The notes under the pieces: generated by a model | The model's input: only the letters and a program-made list of their open reading frames with translations | What the model was told of the DNA's origin: nothing | The model's database searches: none | Assembly (NCBI GenBank): GCA_035464955.1 | Contig: DATHRW010000428.1 | Coordinates: 1 to 33,651, forward strand | From: Gemmatimonadales bacterium | Lineage (GTDB): Bacteria > Gemmatimonadota > Gemmatimonadetes > Gemmatimonadales > GWC2-71-9 | Direction of reading: 5' to 3' | DNA: 33,651 nucleotides | Made by a program: the position numbers and the translations under genes | Shown here: positions 9,764 to 19,270 of the stretch, one piece after another | How positions within the stretch are numbered: the first letter of the stretch is position 1 | How the letters are laid out: each line of letters starts with the position of its first letter

Positions 9764-10876
9764 ATGCTCATAGGCGTACCCAAGGAGATCAAGGCGAACG
9801 AGAACCGCATCGCGCTGGTCCCGGCCGGCGTCACGGCGTTTGTTGCGGCTGGGCACTCGGTGTTGGTCGAAGCAGGCGCAGGTATCGGTAGCGGGTTCGA
9901 GGACGCCGCCTACCGCGATGCCGGCGCCGAGTTGACCACCGAGGTGGACGAACTGTGGCGCCGGGCCGATCTCATCATGAAGGTGAAAGAGCCCATCGCG
10001 GTGGAATGGCCGAGAATGCGGCAGGGCCAGGTCATCTACACCTACTTCCATTTTGCCGCATCGGAGCCGTTGACCCAAGCCGTGATCAAGTCAGGTGCGG
10101 TGGCGGTGGCCTATGAGACGGTCCAGCTCGCCAACGGCGAGCTCCCGCTCCTGACTCCAATGTCCGAGGTGGCCGGCCGGATGGCGGTCCAAGAAGGTGC
10201 CAAGTACTTGGAGAAGATCTTCGGCGGGAGCGGGATCTTGCTTGGTGGCGTCCCGGGCGTGGTTCCGGGCGAGGTCGTGATTCTCGGTGGCGGTGTCGTG
10301 GGGACCAATGCGGCGCAGATTGCCGCCGGTCTCGGGGCGCATGTGACCATTCTCGACATCGACCTGCACCGGCTTCGGTACCTGGCGCACGTGCTTCCAG
10401 CGAACGTCGATACCGTGTACTCCAACCGGCACAACATCCTCGACGCGATCCGCCGGGCCGACCTGGTGGTCGGGGCGGTGTTGCTGCCCGGCGCCAAGGC
10501 GCCGAGCCTGGTGACCCGGGAGGACCTCAAGGAAATGAAGCCGGGCTCGGTTATTGTGGATGTCGCGGTGGATCAGGGAGGATGCGTGGAGACGATCCGC
10601 CCCACCACCCATGAGGATCCCACCTATTTCGTGGATGGCATCCTGCACTACGGGGTGGCGAATATGCCGGGCGCGGTACCCCGGACATCGACCCTGGCGT
10701 TGACCAATGCCACGCTGCGCTACGGCCTGCGTCTTGCACAGTCCGGGTGGAAGTCTGCGTGCCGGGCCGATCGGGCGCTCAAGCTCGGGCTCAACATCGT
10801 GGAAGGCAAGGTAGTGTATCCCGGCGTTGCCGAGGCCTTCAACCTTCCGCTGGTCGACGTCGACAAGGTGGCCTGA
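9764..10876 (+). CDS. ald: Alanine dehydrogenase
   Basis: 370 aa. It has the MLIGVPKEIKANENRIALVPAGV N-terminus, the Rossmann motif ILGGGVVGTNAA, and DVAVDQGGC.ET. Confidence 0.9.
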   Translation: MLIGVPKEIKANENRIALVPAGVTAFVAAGHSVLVEAGAGIGSGFEDAAYRDAGAELTTEVDELWRRADLIMKVKEPIAVEWPRMRQGQVIYTYFHFAASEPLTQAVIKSGAVAVAYETVQLANGELPLLTPMSEVAGRMAVQEGAKYLEKIFGGSGILLGGVPGVVPGEVVILGGGVVGTNAAQIAAGLGAHVTILDIDLHRLRYLAHVLPANVDTVYSNRHNILDAIRRADLVVGAVLLPGAKAPSLVTREDLKEMKPGSVIVDVAVDQGGCVETIRPTTHEDPTYFVDGILHYGVANMPGAVPRTSTLALTNATLRYGLRLAQSGWKSACRADRALKLGLNIVEGKVVYPGVAEAFNLPLVDVDKVA

Positions 10877-10880
10877 CCCG

Positions 10881-11318
10881 GTGGTCGAGGTGCTGATCGC
10901 TCGGCTGCCCCACGCCGAGGGCCTCCCGCTCCCGAGTTTGGCAACACCTGGCTCGGCGGGGTATGACTTGGCGAGCGCAGAGACCGCGACCCTCCAGCCA
11001 ATGGAGCGGAAGCTGATCAGGACCGGGCTCCAGATTGCGCTCCCACCGGGCTATGAATGCCAGCTCAGGCCCCGATCCGGGCTGGCGCTTCGGGACGGCA
11101 TCACGCTGCCCAACACCCCGGCCACGATCGACAGCGACTACCGGGGGGAGTTGATGGTGGCGCTGGTGAATCTGGGTGACCGGCCGTTTGAGGTGACCCG
11201 GGGGATGCGGATCGCGCAAATGGTCGTGGCGCCCGTGGTACGGGTCCGGTTTCAGCCTGTCGAAGGCCTACCCGTGTCCGAGCGCGGTCGAGGAGGGTTT
11301 GGCAGCACTGGGTGCTGA
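10881..11318 (+). CDS. dut: dUTP diphosphatase
   Basis: Motifs present are GSAGYDL, RPRSGLA, NTPATIDSDYRGEL and RGRGGFGSTG. The start is assigned to the GTG at 10881, 4 nt after the ald stop. GTG 10890 is an alternative, and the ORF-track ATG at 10827 lies inside ald. Confidence 0.88.
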   Translation: MVEVLIARLPHAEGLPLPSLATPGSAGYDLASAETATLQPMERKLIRTGLQIALPPGYECQLRPRSGLALRDGITLPNTPATIDSDYRGELMVALVNLGDRPFEVTRGMRIAQMVVAPVVRVRFQPVEGLPVSERGRGGFGSTGC

Positions 11319-11386
11319 AGGTGGGGTGTCCCGTGGCCACCCCGCTCATTAGCTTACAGCTTTTCCGGTGATATGGTCGGTCACAT

Positions 11387-12424
11387 ATGAAGTTCCTGAG
11401 ATTCAATCTGGGTTCGCTCATTCCCGCGAACGAGATCGCCGTCGATCTCGGGACGGCGAATACCCTCATCTATGTGAAGGGTGAGGGCATCGTCCTCAAT
11501 GAGCCGTCCGTGGTGGCGCTCGAAAAGGCGACGGGCCAAATCAAAGGCATCGGCCTCGAGGCCAAGCGGATGCTTGGCCGCACGCCGGACGCTATTTTGG
11601 CGGTCCGACCCCTCAAAGACGGCGTCATTGCCGATTTCGATGTCACGGAGCGGATGCTCCGCTATTTCTTGAAGACGATCATCGACAAGCACGTCTTCAA
11701 GATCAAGCCGAAGGTCATCGTGTGCGTCCCGTCGGGTATTACCGAAGTCGAGCGCCGGGCGGTTCGCGATTCGGCGGAGACGGCGGGGGCCAAGGAAGTC
11801 TCCATGGTCGCCGAGCCGATGGCGGCGGCCATCGGCGTCGGATTGCCGGTCGAGACGCCGACGGGCAACATGGTGATCGACATCGGTGGCGGCACCACGG
11901 AAATCGCCGTGATCGCGTTGTCGGGTATCGTGTCGGACACCTCGATCCGCACCGGTGGCGACGAGATGGACCAGGCCATCGTCCAGTTCATGAGGAAGAA
12001 CTACAATCTGCTCGTAGGCGAGCCCACCGCCGAAATCATCAAGATCAAGATCGGATCCGCCGCGCCGGTAGGCGAGGAAACCGAGATGCCGGTCAAGGGA
12101 CGGGACTTGGTGTCCGGGATTCCCAAGACGGTCCGGGTCCACTCGAGCGAAATTCGGGAAGCCGTGCAGGAGCCGATCCAGCAAATCGTCGACGCAGTCC
12201 GGCGGGCGCTCGAGATCACGCCGCCCGAACTGGCGAGCGACATCGTCGATCGCGGGATCGTGATGACCGGCGGTGGCGCTCTGATTCGCGGGCTGGATGT
12301 GCTCCTGGCCCAAGAAACCGGACTTCCGATTCACATCGACGAAGACCCGCTCACGTGCGTTGTGCGGGGGACGGGGAGGATTCTCGACGAGTACGAGAAG
12401 TACAAGAGCGTCCTCGATAAGTAG
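11387..12424 (+). CDS. mreB: Rod shape-determining actin homologue MreB
   Basis: 345 aa. It has the actin-fold phosphate motifs IAVDLGTANTLIYV and VIDIGGGTTEIAVI, and TGGGALIRGLD. Confidence 0.95.
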   Translation: MKFLRFNLGSLIPANEIAVDLGTANTLIYVKGEGIVLNEPSVVALEKATGQIKGIGLEAKRMLGRTPDAILAVRPLKDGVIADFDVTERMLRYFLKTIIDKHVFKIKPKVIVCVPSGITEVERRAVRDSAETAGAKEVSMVAEPMAAAIGVGLPVETPTGNMVIDIGGGTTEIAVIALSGIVSDTSIRTGGDEMDQAIVQFMRKNYNLLVGEPTAEIIKIKIGSAAPVGEETEMPVKGRDLVSGIPKTVRVHSSEIREAVQEPIQQIVDAVRRALEITPPELASDIVDRGIVMTGGGALIRGLDVLLAQETGLPIHIDEDPLTCVVRGTGRILDEYEKYKSVLDK

Positions 12425-12425
12425 C

Positions 12426-13562
12426 ATGTCACCCGCGCCGGATCGCTCGCACACCAATCGTGACACCACGCTGTTCTTGATCTGCCTCATCATCTCCGGA
12501 GCCTTTCTGTTTACGCCACCGCCGCAGGCGGACGCGGTCGCCACGTTTGTGCGTGGGACCGTTTTGCTGCCGTTGGTGGAGCTGCAACAACGAGCCGAGG
12601 AAGGGAAGACGAGCCGGTCCCGCTTCCAGGCCCTCCAGGCCGAGCGCGACTCCTTGGTGACGGAGGCGCAGGCACTGCCGGTGCTCGAAGCCGAGAATGC
12701 CAGGCTTCGCCGACTGTTCAGCCTCCGCGAGCGCCTGGCGACGCCGTTCGTCGCGGCCGAGGTCCTGCATCAGGCTCAGGTAACGGATGGACTCACGCTG
12801 CTCCTGAGCAGCGGGTCGGACGACGGGGTGGCCGAGTACCAACCGGTGATTGCCCCGGAAGGGCTGGTCGGCGTGACCCGGGGCGTTGAGCGCCGGGCGA
12901 GCACGGTCACCACGTGGGCCCATCCCGAGTTCCGTGCCAGCGCCATCACGAACGACGGTGAAGTGTCAGGGATCGTCGCGCCGTTCTTCCAGGCGTCGAC
13001 CGCGACACCGCTGCTCGAGCTTCGCGGGGTGCCGTACCGCGACAGCGTCCCGCCTGGCACCCTGGTGCTCACGTCGGGACTGGGCGGGGTCTATCCCAAG
13101 GGAATCCCGATCGGCACCATTGCAGGGGTGGCGCGCGAGTCCGCCGGATGGGAGCGGGTGTATGTGGTGCGACCCATGGTCAATCCGGGCTCGGTGAGCC
13201 ACGTGTTGATTCTGACCGGTGCGCTGCGCCGGCCCGTGTCGGACGCATTCCCGACCAATGCAGGGCCCGATGACGGACCGCGCCACGCGATACCGCTTCG
13301 TTCTGGTCCTCCTCCTCCTCGTGGGGCAGCATTTCTACCTTCGGCCGCGGCTCTGGGATGCGCGGATTGCGCCCGATTTTCTCATGCTGGCCCTCATGCT
13401 GTATGCCATCCGCACGCGGCCGGGGAATGCCGCCGTGGCCGGGTTTCTGGTCGGAATCACGGCAGACGCGTTGACCCCGGCGCGCTTTGGCGCAGGCGCG
13501 CTGGCTCATACGTTGGTCGGCTACCTTGCGGCCTGGGGGAGGGCCGTGTTCTTCGCCGATAA
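12426..13562 (+). CDS. mreC: Rod shape-determining protein MreC (3' end uncertain; see finding)
   Basis: ATG at 12426, 2 nt after the mreB stop. It has an N-terminal TM segment, a coiled-coil (LQAERDSLVTEAQALPVLEAENARLRRL) and the MreC beta-barrel region (VIAPEGLVGVTRGV..., LTSGLGGVYPKGIPIGTIAGV). The first in-frame stop is only at 13560-13562, well inside mreD. Confidence 0.8.
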   Translation: MSPAPDRSHTNRDTTLFLICLIISGAFLFTPPPQADAVATFVRGTVLLPLVELQQRAEEGKTSRSRFQALQAERDSLVTEAQALPVLEAENARLRRLFSLRERLATPFVAAEVLHQAQVTDGLTLLLSSGSDDGVAEYQPVIAPEGLVGVTRGVERRASTVTTWAHPEFRASAITNDGEVSGIVAPFFQASTATPLLELRGVPYRDSVPPGTLVLTSGLGGVYPKGIPIGTIAGVARESAGWERVYVVRPMVNPGSVSHVLILTGALRRPVSDAFPTNAGPDDGPRHAIPLRSGPPPPRGAAFLPSAAALGCADCARFSHAGPHAVCHPHAAGECRRGRVSGRNHGRRVDPGALWRRRAGSYVGRLPCGLGEGRVLRR

Positions 13563-13764
13563 CCTCTTGGTCCATGCCGGATTCATCGGAGCCGGCGTCT
13601 GGCTGCGTAATCTGGTCGTGCTGGTATCGAGCGGGGCCAGCGCGCGCCAAGTGCTGGTGAATCTCGTGACGTGGTCGCCGCTGCAGGCGCTCTCGACCGC
13701 CGTGGCCGGCGTGATCATCTTGATCGTCTTCCGAGACTGGCTGTCCATCCGGCTCGACGAATGA
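13258..13764 (+). CDS. mreD: Rod shape-determining protein MreD
   Basis: This is a small, highly hydrophobic multi-TM protein (RYRFVLVLLLLVGQHFYL..., PDFLMLALMLYAI...) in the mreD position of the mreBCD-mrdA-rodA cluster. The start is ambiguous: ATG 13258, ATG 13270 or GTG 13219. Confidence 0.72.
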   Translation: MQGPMTDRATRYRFVLVLLLLVGQHFYLRPRLWDARIAPDFLMLALMLYAIRTRPGNAAVAGFLVGITADALTPARFGAGALAHTLVGYLAAWGRAVFFADNLLVHAGFIGAGVWLRNLVVLVSSGASARQVLVNLVTWSPLQALSTAVAGVIILIVFRDWLSIRLDE

Positions 13765-15662
13765 GCGACTTCGATTCCCGCCGACTTCGCGAACGAGCAC
13801 GCTGGACCCAATGGGTGCTGGTCGGAGCCTTCGCGATCCTGCTTGGCGCCTTCTTCCGGTTGCAGGTCATCCAGCACGAGCGCTATCGACTTCGCGCAGA
13901 GCACAATCGCATCCGCCCCGTTCCACTGACACCGCCGCGCGGCCTCATTCTCGATCGACATGGCGAGGTCATCGCCGAGAATGTGCCAGGGTTTGCGGTA
14001 AAGCTGCTTGCCTCGTCGGAGGATTCCCTACGGTCGGTGTTGCGGCGTGTCAGGCAGATCGTGGACATCGATAGCAGTCTGGCGGAGCAGGTTGTCAGAC
14101 GGTTTCGCCGCGCTCCCCACCTGCCGGTCGTCCTGGTGGCCGACGGCTCCTTTGAGATGGTCTCGCGACTCGAGGAGCATCGCTCCCTCTTGCCGGGTCT
14201 CGTGATCGAATCGGAGCCCAAGCGGTGGTACCCCGACGGACCGACGGTGGCGCATCTCATCGGGTTCATCGGGGAAGTGAGCGAACGCGATCTTGACCAG
14301 GGGCGGTACCCTGGGGCCGACCCAGGCACGCTCGTTGGCCGATCCGGGTTGGAAGAGGAATACGACCAGCAGCTGCGCGGGCGCCCGGGGGTGCGCTACA
14401 TCGAAGTGAGCGCGGGGGGCCAGCTGGTTCGCGAGGAGGGCGTCGCGCCAGCGGTGCCCCCCGTGAGCGGCACTGCCGTGACGACGACCGTGGACTTGGG
14501 ACTGCAGCGTTTCGTCGATAGTCTGTGGCAGGCGGACCTGCCCGGCGTGCGCGGCGGGTTGGTGGCACTCACACCGGCGGGAGAAGTCCTCGCCCTCTAT
14601 TCCTCGCCGTCGTTCGATCCCAACATGTTCATCGGCGGGATCTCGCGCGAGGACTGGCAGGTCCTGCGCGCGGATTCCACTCACCCCCTCATCAATCGCG
14701 TCATTCAAGCGCGTTATCCGCCTGCCTCGCCGTTCAAGCTCGCGATCGCTGCCATGGCGCTCCGCAAGGGCGTGGTCGACTACCGATCGCGGATGTCACA
14801 GCCCTGCCGCGGCGGCATCCAGCTCGGGAATCGATTCTTTCGCTGCTGGAAGCGTGAAGGTCACGGCAGCCTGGACCTGGTGGGTGCGATCGAGAAGAGC
14901 TGCGACGTGTATTTCTATCAGCTCGGCGCCCGGCTCGGGATCGACGCCATCCTGTCCGAGGGAGTGTCCTTGGGATTCCGCGACCGAAGCGGGATCGACC
15001 TCCCGGGTGAGATGAGTCCCATCTTTCCCGCGTCGACCGCATACTTCGATCGGGCCTACGGCCCGCGCGGGTGGAGTCGTGCCGGGGCCGAGTTCAATTT
15101 CGCGATCGGGCAAGGCGAGAACACGCAGACCCTGATCAACATGGTGAAGTTCTACCAGGCGCTGGCCGGGACCGGAGCCGCGATCCCGCCGCACCTCGTG
15201 GGGACGGCAGCCGGCCAGCCCCGTGACCTTGCCCTCGCCCCGGAAGTCCTCGAAGTCCTCCGGCGCGCCATGCTCCAGGTGGTGGAGACCGGGACCGCCG
15301 TCCGGAGCCGCCAAGCAGGCTTGAAGGTGGGCGGGAAGACCGGAACGGCACAGAATGCCCATGGAGACGACCACGGGTGGTTCGTTGGGTTCGGGCCGGT
15401 TGAGCAACCTCAGATCATCGTCGGGGCCATCATGGAGTATGCCAAGCACGGCTCCGCGGTTGCGCCCTACGTCGTGAAAACCCTTCGGCGCTTCGTGTTG
15501 GGACCGGAGGCCGCCTCCGACAAGGCGCTCGACCGGTTGAGCCAGGAGGCGCCGCAAGATACCGCGCCGCGCTGGGTCCCGATCTCGCCGGACAGCGCCG
15601 TCACGCCGCTGCCAACCCTGCCCGCCGAGTCCACCTACGCGCCAGTGGTGCCGCTGCCATGA
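13761..15662 (+). CDS. mrdA: Penicillin-binding protein 2 (elongasome transpeptidase)
   Basis: An internal ATG at 13761 forms an ATGA overlap with the mreD stop. It has a TM anchor plus FRLQVIQHERY, and transpeptidase motifs SPFK (PASPFKLAIA) and KTGTA. 633 aa. Confidence 0.9.
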   Translation: MSDFDSRRLRERARWTQWVLVGAFAILLGAFFRLQVIQHERYRLRAEHNRIRPVPLTPPRGLILDRHGEVIAENVPGFAVKLLASSEDSLRSVLRRVRQIVDIDSSLAEQVVRRFRRAPHLPVVLVADGSFEMVSRLEEHRSLLPGLVIESEPKRWYPDGPTVAHLIGFIGEVSERDLDQGRYPGADPGTLVGRSGLEEEYDQQLRGRPGVRYIEVSAGGQLVREEGVAPAVPPVSGTAVTTTVDLGLQRFVDSLWQADLPGVRGGLVALTPAGEVLALYSSPSFDPNMFIGGISREDWQVLRADSTHPLINRVIQARYPPASPFKLAIAAMALRKGVVDYRSRMSQPCRGGIQLGNRFFRCWKREGHGSLDLVGAIEKSCDVYFYQLGARLGIDAILSEGVSLGFRDRSGIDLPGEMSPIFPASTAYFDRAYGPRGWSRAGAEFNFAIGQGENTQTLINMVKFYQALAGTGAAIPPHLVGTAAGQPRDLALAPEVLEVLRRAMLQVVETGTAVRSRQAGLKVGGKTGTAQNAHGDDHGWFVGFGPVEQPQIIVGAIMEYAKHGSAVAPYVVKTLRRFVLGPEAASDKALDRLSQEAPQDTAPRWVPISPDSAVTPLPTLPAESTYAPVVPLP

Positions 15663-16900
15663 GAACCGTAGGACTCGATCGCCCCCTCATTCTCACCAGC
15701 ACGCTCCTGCTCGCGTTCGGCCTGACGGTCCTCTACTCAGCCGGGCAAACCGATGTGTCGAGCCTCGCGTCGGGTGCCTGGCAGCGCCAACTGGCCTGGG
15801 CGCTCATCGGCCTGGGAGCCGGTGCCGCGATCTTCCGCGTTTCGTTTCGGGTGCTCGAGTGGGGCGCTCCCGCGCTCTACGGCCTCGCGGTCTTCTTGCT
15901 CGTGCTGGTCTTGCTCATTGGCACCGGTGCGGGGACCGCTGCCGGCAGCAAGAGCTGGCTGACGATCGGCGGGTACCGACTCGGGCAGCCCGCCGAGTTC
16001 GCCAAGCTTGCAGTCGTCATCATGCTCGCCAAATACCTCGCCGGCCTGCGCGACCCGCCCGAGTCTCTGCGTGGACTGGTCACTCCATGCCTCATCGCGG
16101 GAGTGCCGTTCCTCCTCGTGCTCCGGCAACCGGATCTCGGGAGCGCCATGGTCTTTGGCGGCATCCTGCTCGCGATGTTGTACTGGAGGGGGACTCGGCC
16201 GTGGCTCCTGGTTCTGCTCCTCTCACCCGTCGTCAGCCTGCTGTCCGCATTCAATGCGATGGTCTGGGGCGTCTGGATGGTGCTGTTGGCCATCCTCCTG
16301 CTGATCTGGCGTCCATACCTGGTCGAGGGTATCACGGTCTACGTCATCAACATGGCCATGGGTGCCATCGCCATCCCAATCTGGAAACGGCTCGCGCCCT
16401 ATCAACAGAACCGCTTGCTTACCTTCCTCAATCCCGAGGTCGATCCCACGGCGGCAGGATACCACGCGATCCAGTCCAAGGTGGCCATCGGGTCCGGCGG
16501 CTGGCTGGGCAACGGCTTCCTCCAAGGACCGCAGAAGCGGTTGGCCTTCCTGCCGGAGCAACACACCGATTTCATTTTTCCGGTCCTCGGAGAGGAACTC
16601 GGCTTCCTCGGCGTTGCGGCGGCTCTTGCCCTGTTCTTCCTGTTCTTTCTGGTGATCCTGCGAATCGCGCGTCGTTCCCCGGACCCGTTCTCGAGCCTCG
16701 TGGCGTTCGGACTACTCGGCCTCTATTTCACCCACGTCTTCGAGAACGTCGGCATGACGGCCAACATCATGCCCATCACGGGGATCCCGCTGCCGTTCTT
16801 TTCCTATGGCGGCTCGTTCCTGCTGGTGACGTTCATGGCGCTCGGCCTCCTCCTTCGGGTCGCCTGGGACTCCCAGCTTGGCGGGTATCTCGATATTTAG
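15659..16900 (+). CDS. rodA: SEDS-family peptidoglycan polymerase RodA
   Basis: 413 aa, polytopic membrane protein. It has FtsW/RodA/SpoVE motifs (QPAEFAKLAVVI, PDLGSAMV, TDFIFPVLGEELGF, PITGIPLPFFSYGGS). It forms an ATGA overlap with mrdA. Confidence 0.92.
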   Translation: MRTVGLDRPLILTSTLLLAFGLTVLYSAGQTDVSSLASGAWQRQLAWALIGLGAGAAIFRVSFRVLEWGAPALYGLAVFLLVLVLLIGTGAGTAAGSKSWLTIGGYRLGQPAEFAKLAVVIMLAKYLAGLRDPPESLRGLVTPCLIAGVPFLLVLRQPDLGSAMVFGGILLAMLYWRGTRPWLLVLLLSPVVSLLSAFNAMVWGVWMVLLAILLLIWRPYLVEGITVYVINMAMGAIAIPIWKRLAPYQQNRLLTFLNPEVDPTAAGYHAIQSKVAIGSGGWLGNGFLQGPQKRLAFLPEQHTDFIFPVLGEELGFLGVAAALALFFLFFLVILRIARRSPDPFSSLVAFGLLGLYFTHVFENVGMTANIMPITGIPLPFFSYGGSFLLVTFMALGLLLRVAWDSQLGGYLDI

Positions 16901-17010
16901 CAAGGACTTATAGATCTAGGCCTAGCGCAGAACCGCTTCCGACCCAAGATTGTACGGGTGCCCGTGCCCCCTCTCGGTAGGACCCAACCCCCTCTTCCAG
17001 TCATGAGCCC

Positions 17011-17886
17011 ATGCCAGTGATGGCCTGGTTCAAGAAGGAACGGAAGCCTCGACCTGCTCAGCGGCAGCGTCGCGAGATCCCGCCTGACGCGTGGGAGAAA
17101 TGTGAGAAGTGCGGCCACGTCGACATTCGGGAACGCTTCGACCGGAGCCTCAATGTTTGTCCGGAATGTGGCCACCACCGCCGCCTCTCAGCCGAAGAGT
17201 ATATCGAGCTGCTGGCCGATGAGGGCTCATGGCGCGAGCGATACGACAAGCTCCGGTCCACCGATCCCTTGGGGTTCGAGAATTACCGCGATCGCCTCAC
17301 CACCGCCTACGCAAAGGTGGGTCACTCCGAGGCCGTGTACACCGGGCTGTGCCGGATCGACGGGATGCCCTGCAATCTGGCCGTGTTGAATTTTCGCTTC
17401 ATGGGCGGGTCCATGGGCTCGGTGGTTGGGGAGAAGATCGCGCGCCTAACTCGCCACGCCGCGGAAAAGAAGCGACCGCTGATCATCGTTTCGACGTCGG
17501 GTGGTGCGCGCATGCAGGAAGGCGTGCTCTCGCTGATGCAGATGGCCAAGACGTCGGCCGCCATCGCCGAATTGAATGCCCTCGCCGTCCCCTTCATTTC
17601 CATCCTGACCAATCCGACCACAGGAGGAGTTTCCGCCTCCTTCGCGATGCAGGGAGACGTGATTGTCGCAGAGCCGGGCGCCGTGATCGGCTTTGCCGGT
17701 CCTCGGGTCATCAAACAGACCATCGGACAAGACCTACCCGAGGGATTTCAGACCGCGGAATTTCTCCTGGAGCATGGTCAAATCGACCAGGTCATCGCCC
17801 GCGGCTCACTCAGGGACACCACGGCCCGACTCCTGCGTCACATGCAGCGCGTCCCGCCGCGTGACGAGCCGACCGACGTCGTTTGA
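17011..17886 (+). CDS. accD: Acetyl-CoA carboxylase carboxyltransferase beta subunit
   Basis: It has an N-terminal zinc ribbon CEKCGH...CPECGHH followed by the carboxyltransferase domain (FRFMGGSMGSVVGEKI, SGGARMQEG). The start could instead be the ATG at 17020 (MAWFKKERK). Confidence 0.9.
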   Translation: MPVMAWFKKERKPRPAQRQRREIPPDAWEKCEKCGHVDIRERFDRSLNVCPECGHHRRLSAEEYIELLADEGSWRERYDKLRSTDPLGFENYRDRLTTAYAKVGHSEAVYTGLCRIDGMPCNLAVLNFRFMGGSMGSVVGEKIARLTRHAAEKKRPLIIVSTSGGARMQEGVLSLMQMAKTSAAIAELNALAVPFISILTNPTTGGVSASFAMQGDVIVAEPGAVIGFAGPRVIKQTIGQDLPEGFQTAEFLLEHGQIDQVIARGSLRDTTARLLRHMQRVPPRDEPTDVV

Positions 17887-17929
17887 TCGTTCGGGTGCTC
17901 GCCCGGCCACCCTCGCCGCTCCATCCTTC

Positions 17930-19171
17930 ATGCCGCTCACCTACGACGACGCGCTGGCGTTCCTATTCCCGCGTACGACCACCATCAAGTTCGGGCTCGA
18001 CACCACCCGGGCCTTGCTGGACGGGCTTGGGAACCCGCAGAACCAGTTCGTCTCCCTGCACATCGGGGGGACCAACGGGAAAGGGAGCGTCGCTGCCCTC
18101 GTCGCCTCGGCACTCCGTGAGGCCGGTTGGACGGTGGGACTCTACACGTCGCCTCATCTCTGCTCCTTCCGCGAACGAATCGTCGTTGATGGAATTCCCA
18201 TCAGCGAATCGGCAGTGGCCATGTGGACCGAGCGGCTCCAGCCGGAGCTGATCCGACGAGAAGCAACGTTCTTCGAGACGACGAGTGTCATCGCCTTTGC
18301 CGACTTCGCCGCGCGCGGCGCCGAGATAGGCGTCGTGGAGGTCGGATTGGGCGGCCGGCTCGACAGCACCAACGTGCTGGCTCCCCTCGTGAGCGGTATC
18401 ACCCGGATCGCGCGGGATCACATGAAATACCTGGGCGAGAGCCTGGCCGACATCGCGCGCGAGAAGGCCGGCATCGCGAAGCCTGGCGTTCCATTCATCG
18501 TGGGTGAGGAAGACCCGGCAGTCGTCGCGGTGCTGTGCGAGGAGGCCCGGCGCGCGGTCGAGGCGGCGTCCGTCGGCGCCAGGGCGGACATCCGCGTCAT
18601 CCCACCGGACCGGCGCTGGGAGGGTGCACTTGGCCTGGTCGGCGAGCATCAGCGGCGTAACGCGGTTGTGGCGGAGGCGATGCTGGCGGCGCTCCCGGCC
18701 CCTTACCGCCCCTCTCCCGGTCACGTTGGACGTGGGTTCGCCACGACGCGGCTCCCTGGACGGCTTCAACGTCATGGGAAGTGGCTGTTCGATGTCGCAC
18801 ACAATCCCAATGGGGTCGAGACGCTGGTGGCCGCCATCGGGTCACTCGAACCGCCGCGCCCGCTCAACGCGCTGGTATCGATCCTGGGCGACAAGGAATG
18901 GGCCGAGATGCTCATCATGCTCGACACGGTCATCGACCGGGGCGTCCTGACGATGGCCCCGACCGCCGCGGCTCGGGGTTGGAGCGTGGACTGGCTCGAT
19001 CGGTGGCTTGCCGACCAGACCCGCCCGCCCGCGCGGGCCAGTTGGAGGCTCATTCCGGACTTCGAGGAAGCCGTGCGGGAGGTCCAGCGTGATGCCCGGA
19101 CCGTGCTGGTCACAGGGTCCTTCCACACAGTTGGCGACGTGATGAACGTGCTGGGACTCGCCCCACTCTGA
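17930..19171 (+). CDS. folC: Bifunctional folylpolyglutamate synthase / dihydrofolate synthase
   Basis: Internal ATG at 17930 (MPLTYDDALAFLF), 413 aa. It has the Mur-ligase P-loop HIGGTNGKGS, VEVGLGGRLDSTNV and IAREKAGI.K, and conserved accD-folC synteny. Confidence 0.88.
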   Translation: MPLTYDDALAFLFPRTTTIKFGLDTTRALLDGLGNPQNQFVSLHIGGTNGKGSVAALVASALREAGWTVGLYTSPHLCSFRERIVVDGIPISESAVAMWTERLQPELIRREATFFETTSVIAFADFAARGAEIGVVEVGLGGRLDSTNVLAPLVSGITRIARDHMKYLGESLADIAREKAGIAKPGVPFIVGEEDPAVVAVLCEEARRAVEAASVGARADIRVIPPDRRWEGALGLVGEHQRRNAVVAEAMLAALPAPYRPSPGHVGRGFATTRLPGRLQRHGKWLFDVAHNPNGVETLVAAIGSLEPPRPLNALVSILGDKEWAEMLIMLDTVIDRGVLTMAPTAAARGWSVDWLDRWLADQTRPPARASWRLIPDFEEAVREVQRDARTVLVTGSFHTVGDVMNVLGLAPL

Positions 19172-19270
19172 CGCGGCCCTCCCACCGTGGGGTGAATGCG
19201 CGATCCCGCCGTCGTTTTCTGACGCTCGACAGGATGGAGGTGGGCAGCGGGGGATGCTATCTTCCCCGGC

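Noticed and set aside
8435-11318. The M16 peptidase-ald-dut arrangement, with a single M16 gene rather than a pair, as a possible unusual module.
   Set aside because: pnp followed by an M16 peptidase and dut is a common bacterial arrangement. ald is an ordinary metabolic gene, and nothing in the sequence suggests new function.
11320-11346. A possible terminator hairpin after dut (GGTGGGGTG ... CACCCCGCT).
   Set aside because: The stem needs two G-U wobbles, has a 9-nt loop and lacks a T-tract. It could equally be incidental structure in the dut-mreB spacer.
16911-16925. Overlapping short palindromes TAGATCTA and CTAGGCCTAG in an AT-richer patch just after the rodA stop and upstream of accD.
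   Set aside because: They are too short to tell apart from chance restriction-site-like palindromes. There is no flanking stem extension, no repeat copy elsewhere in the window, and no clear -35/-10 pairing.
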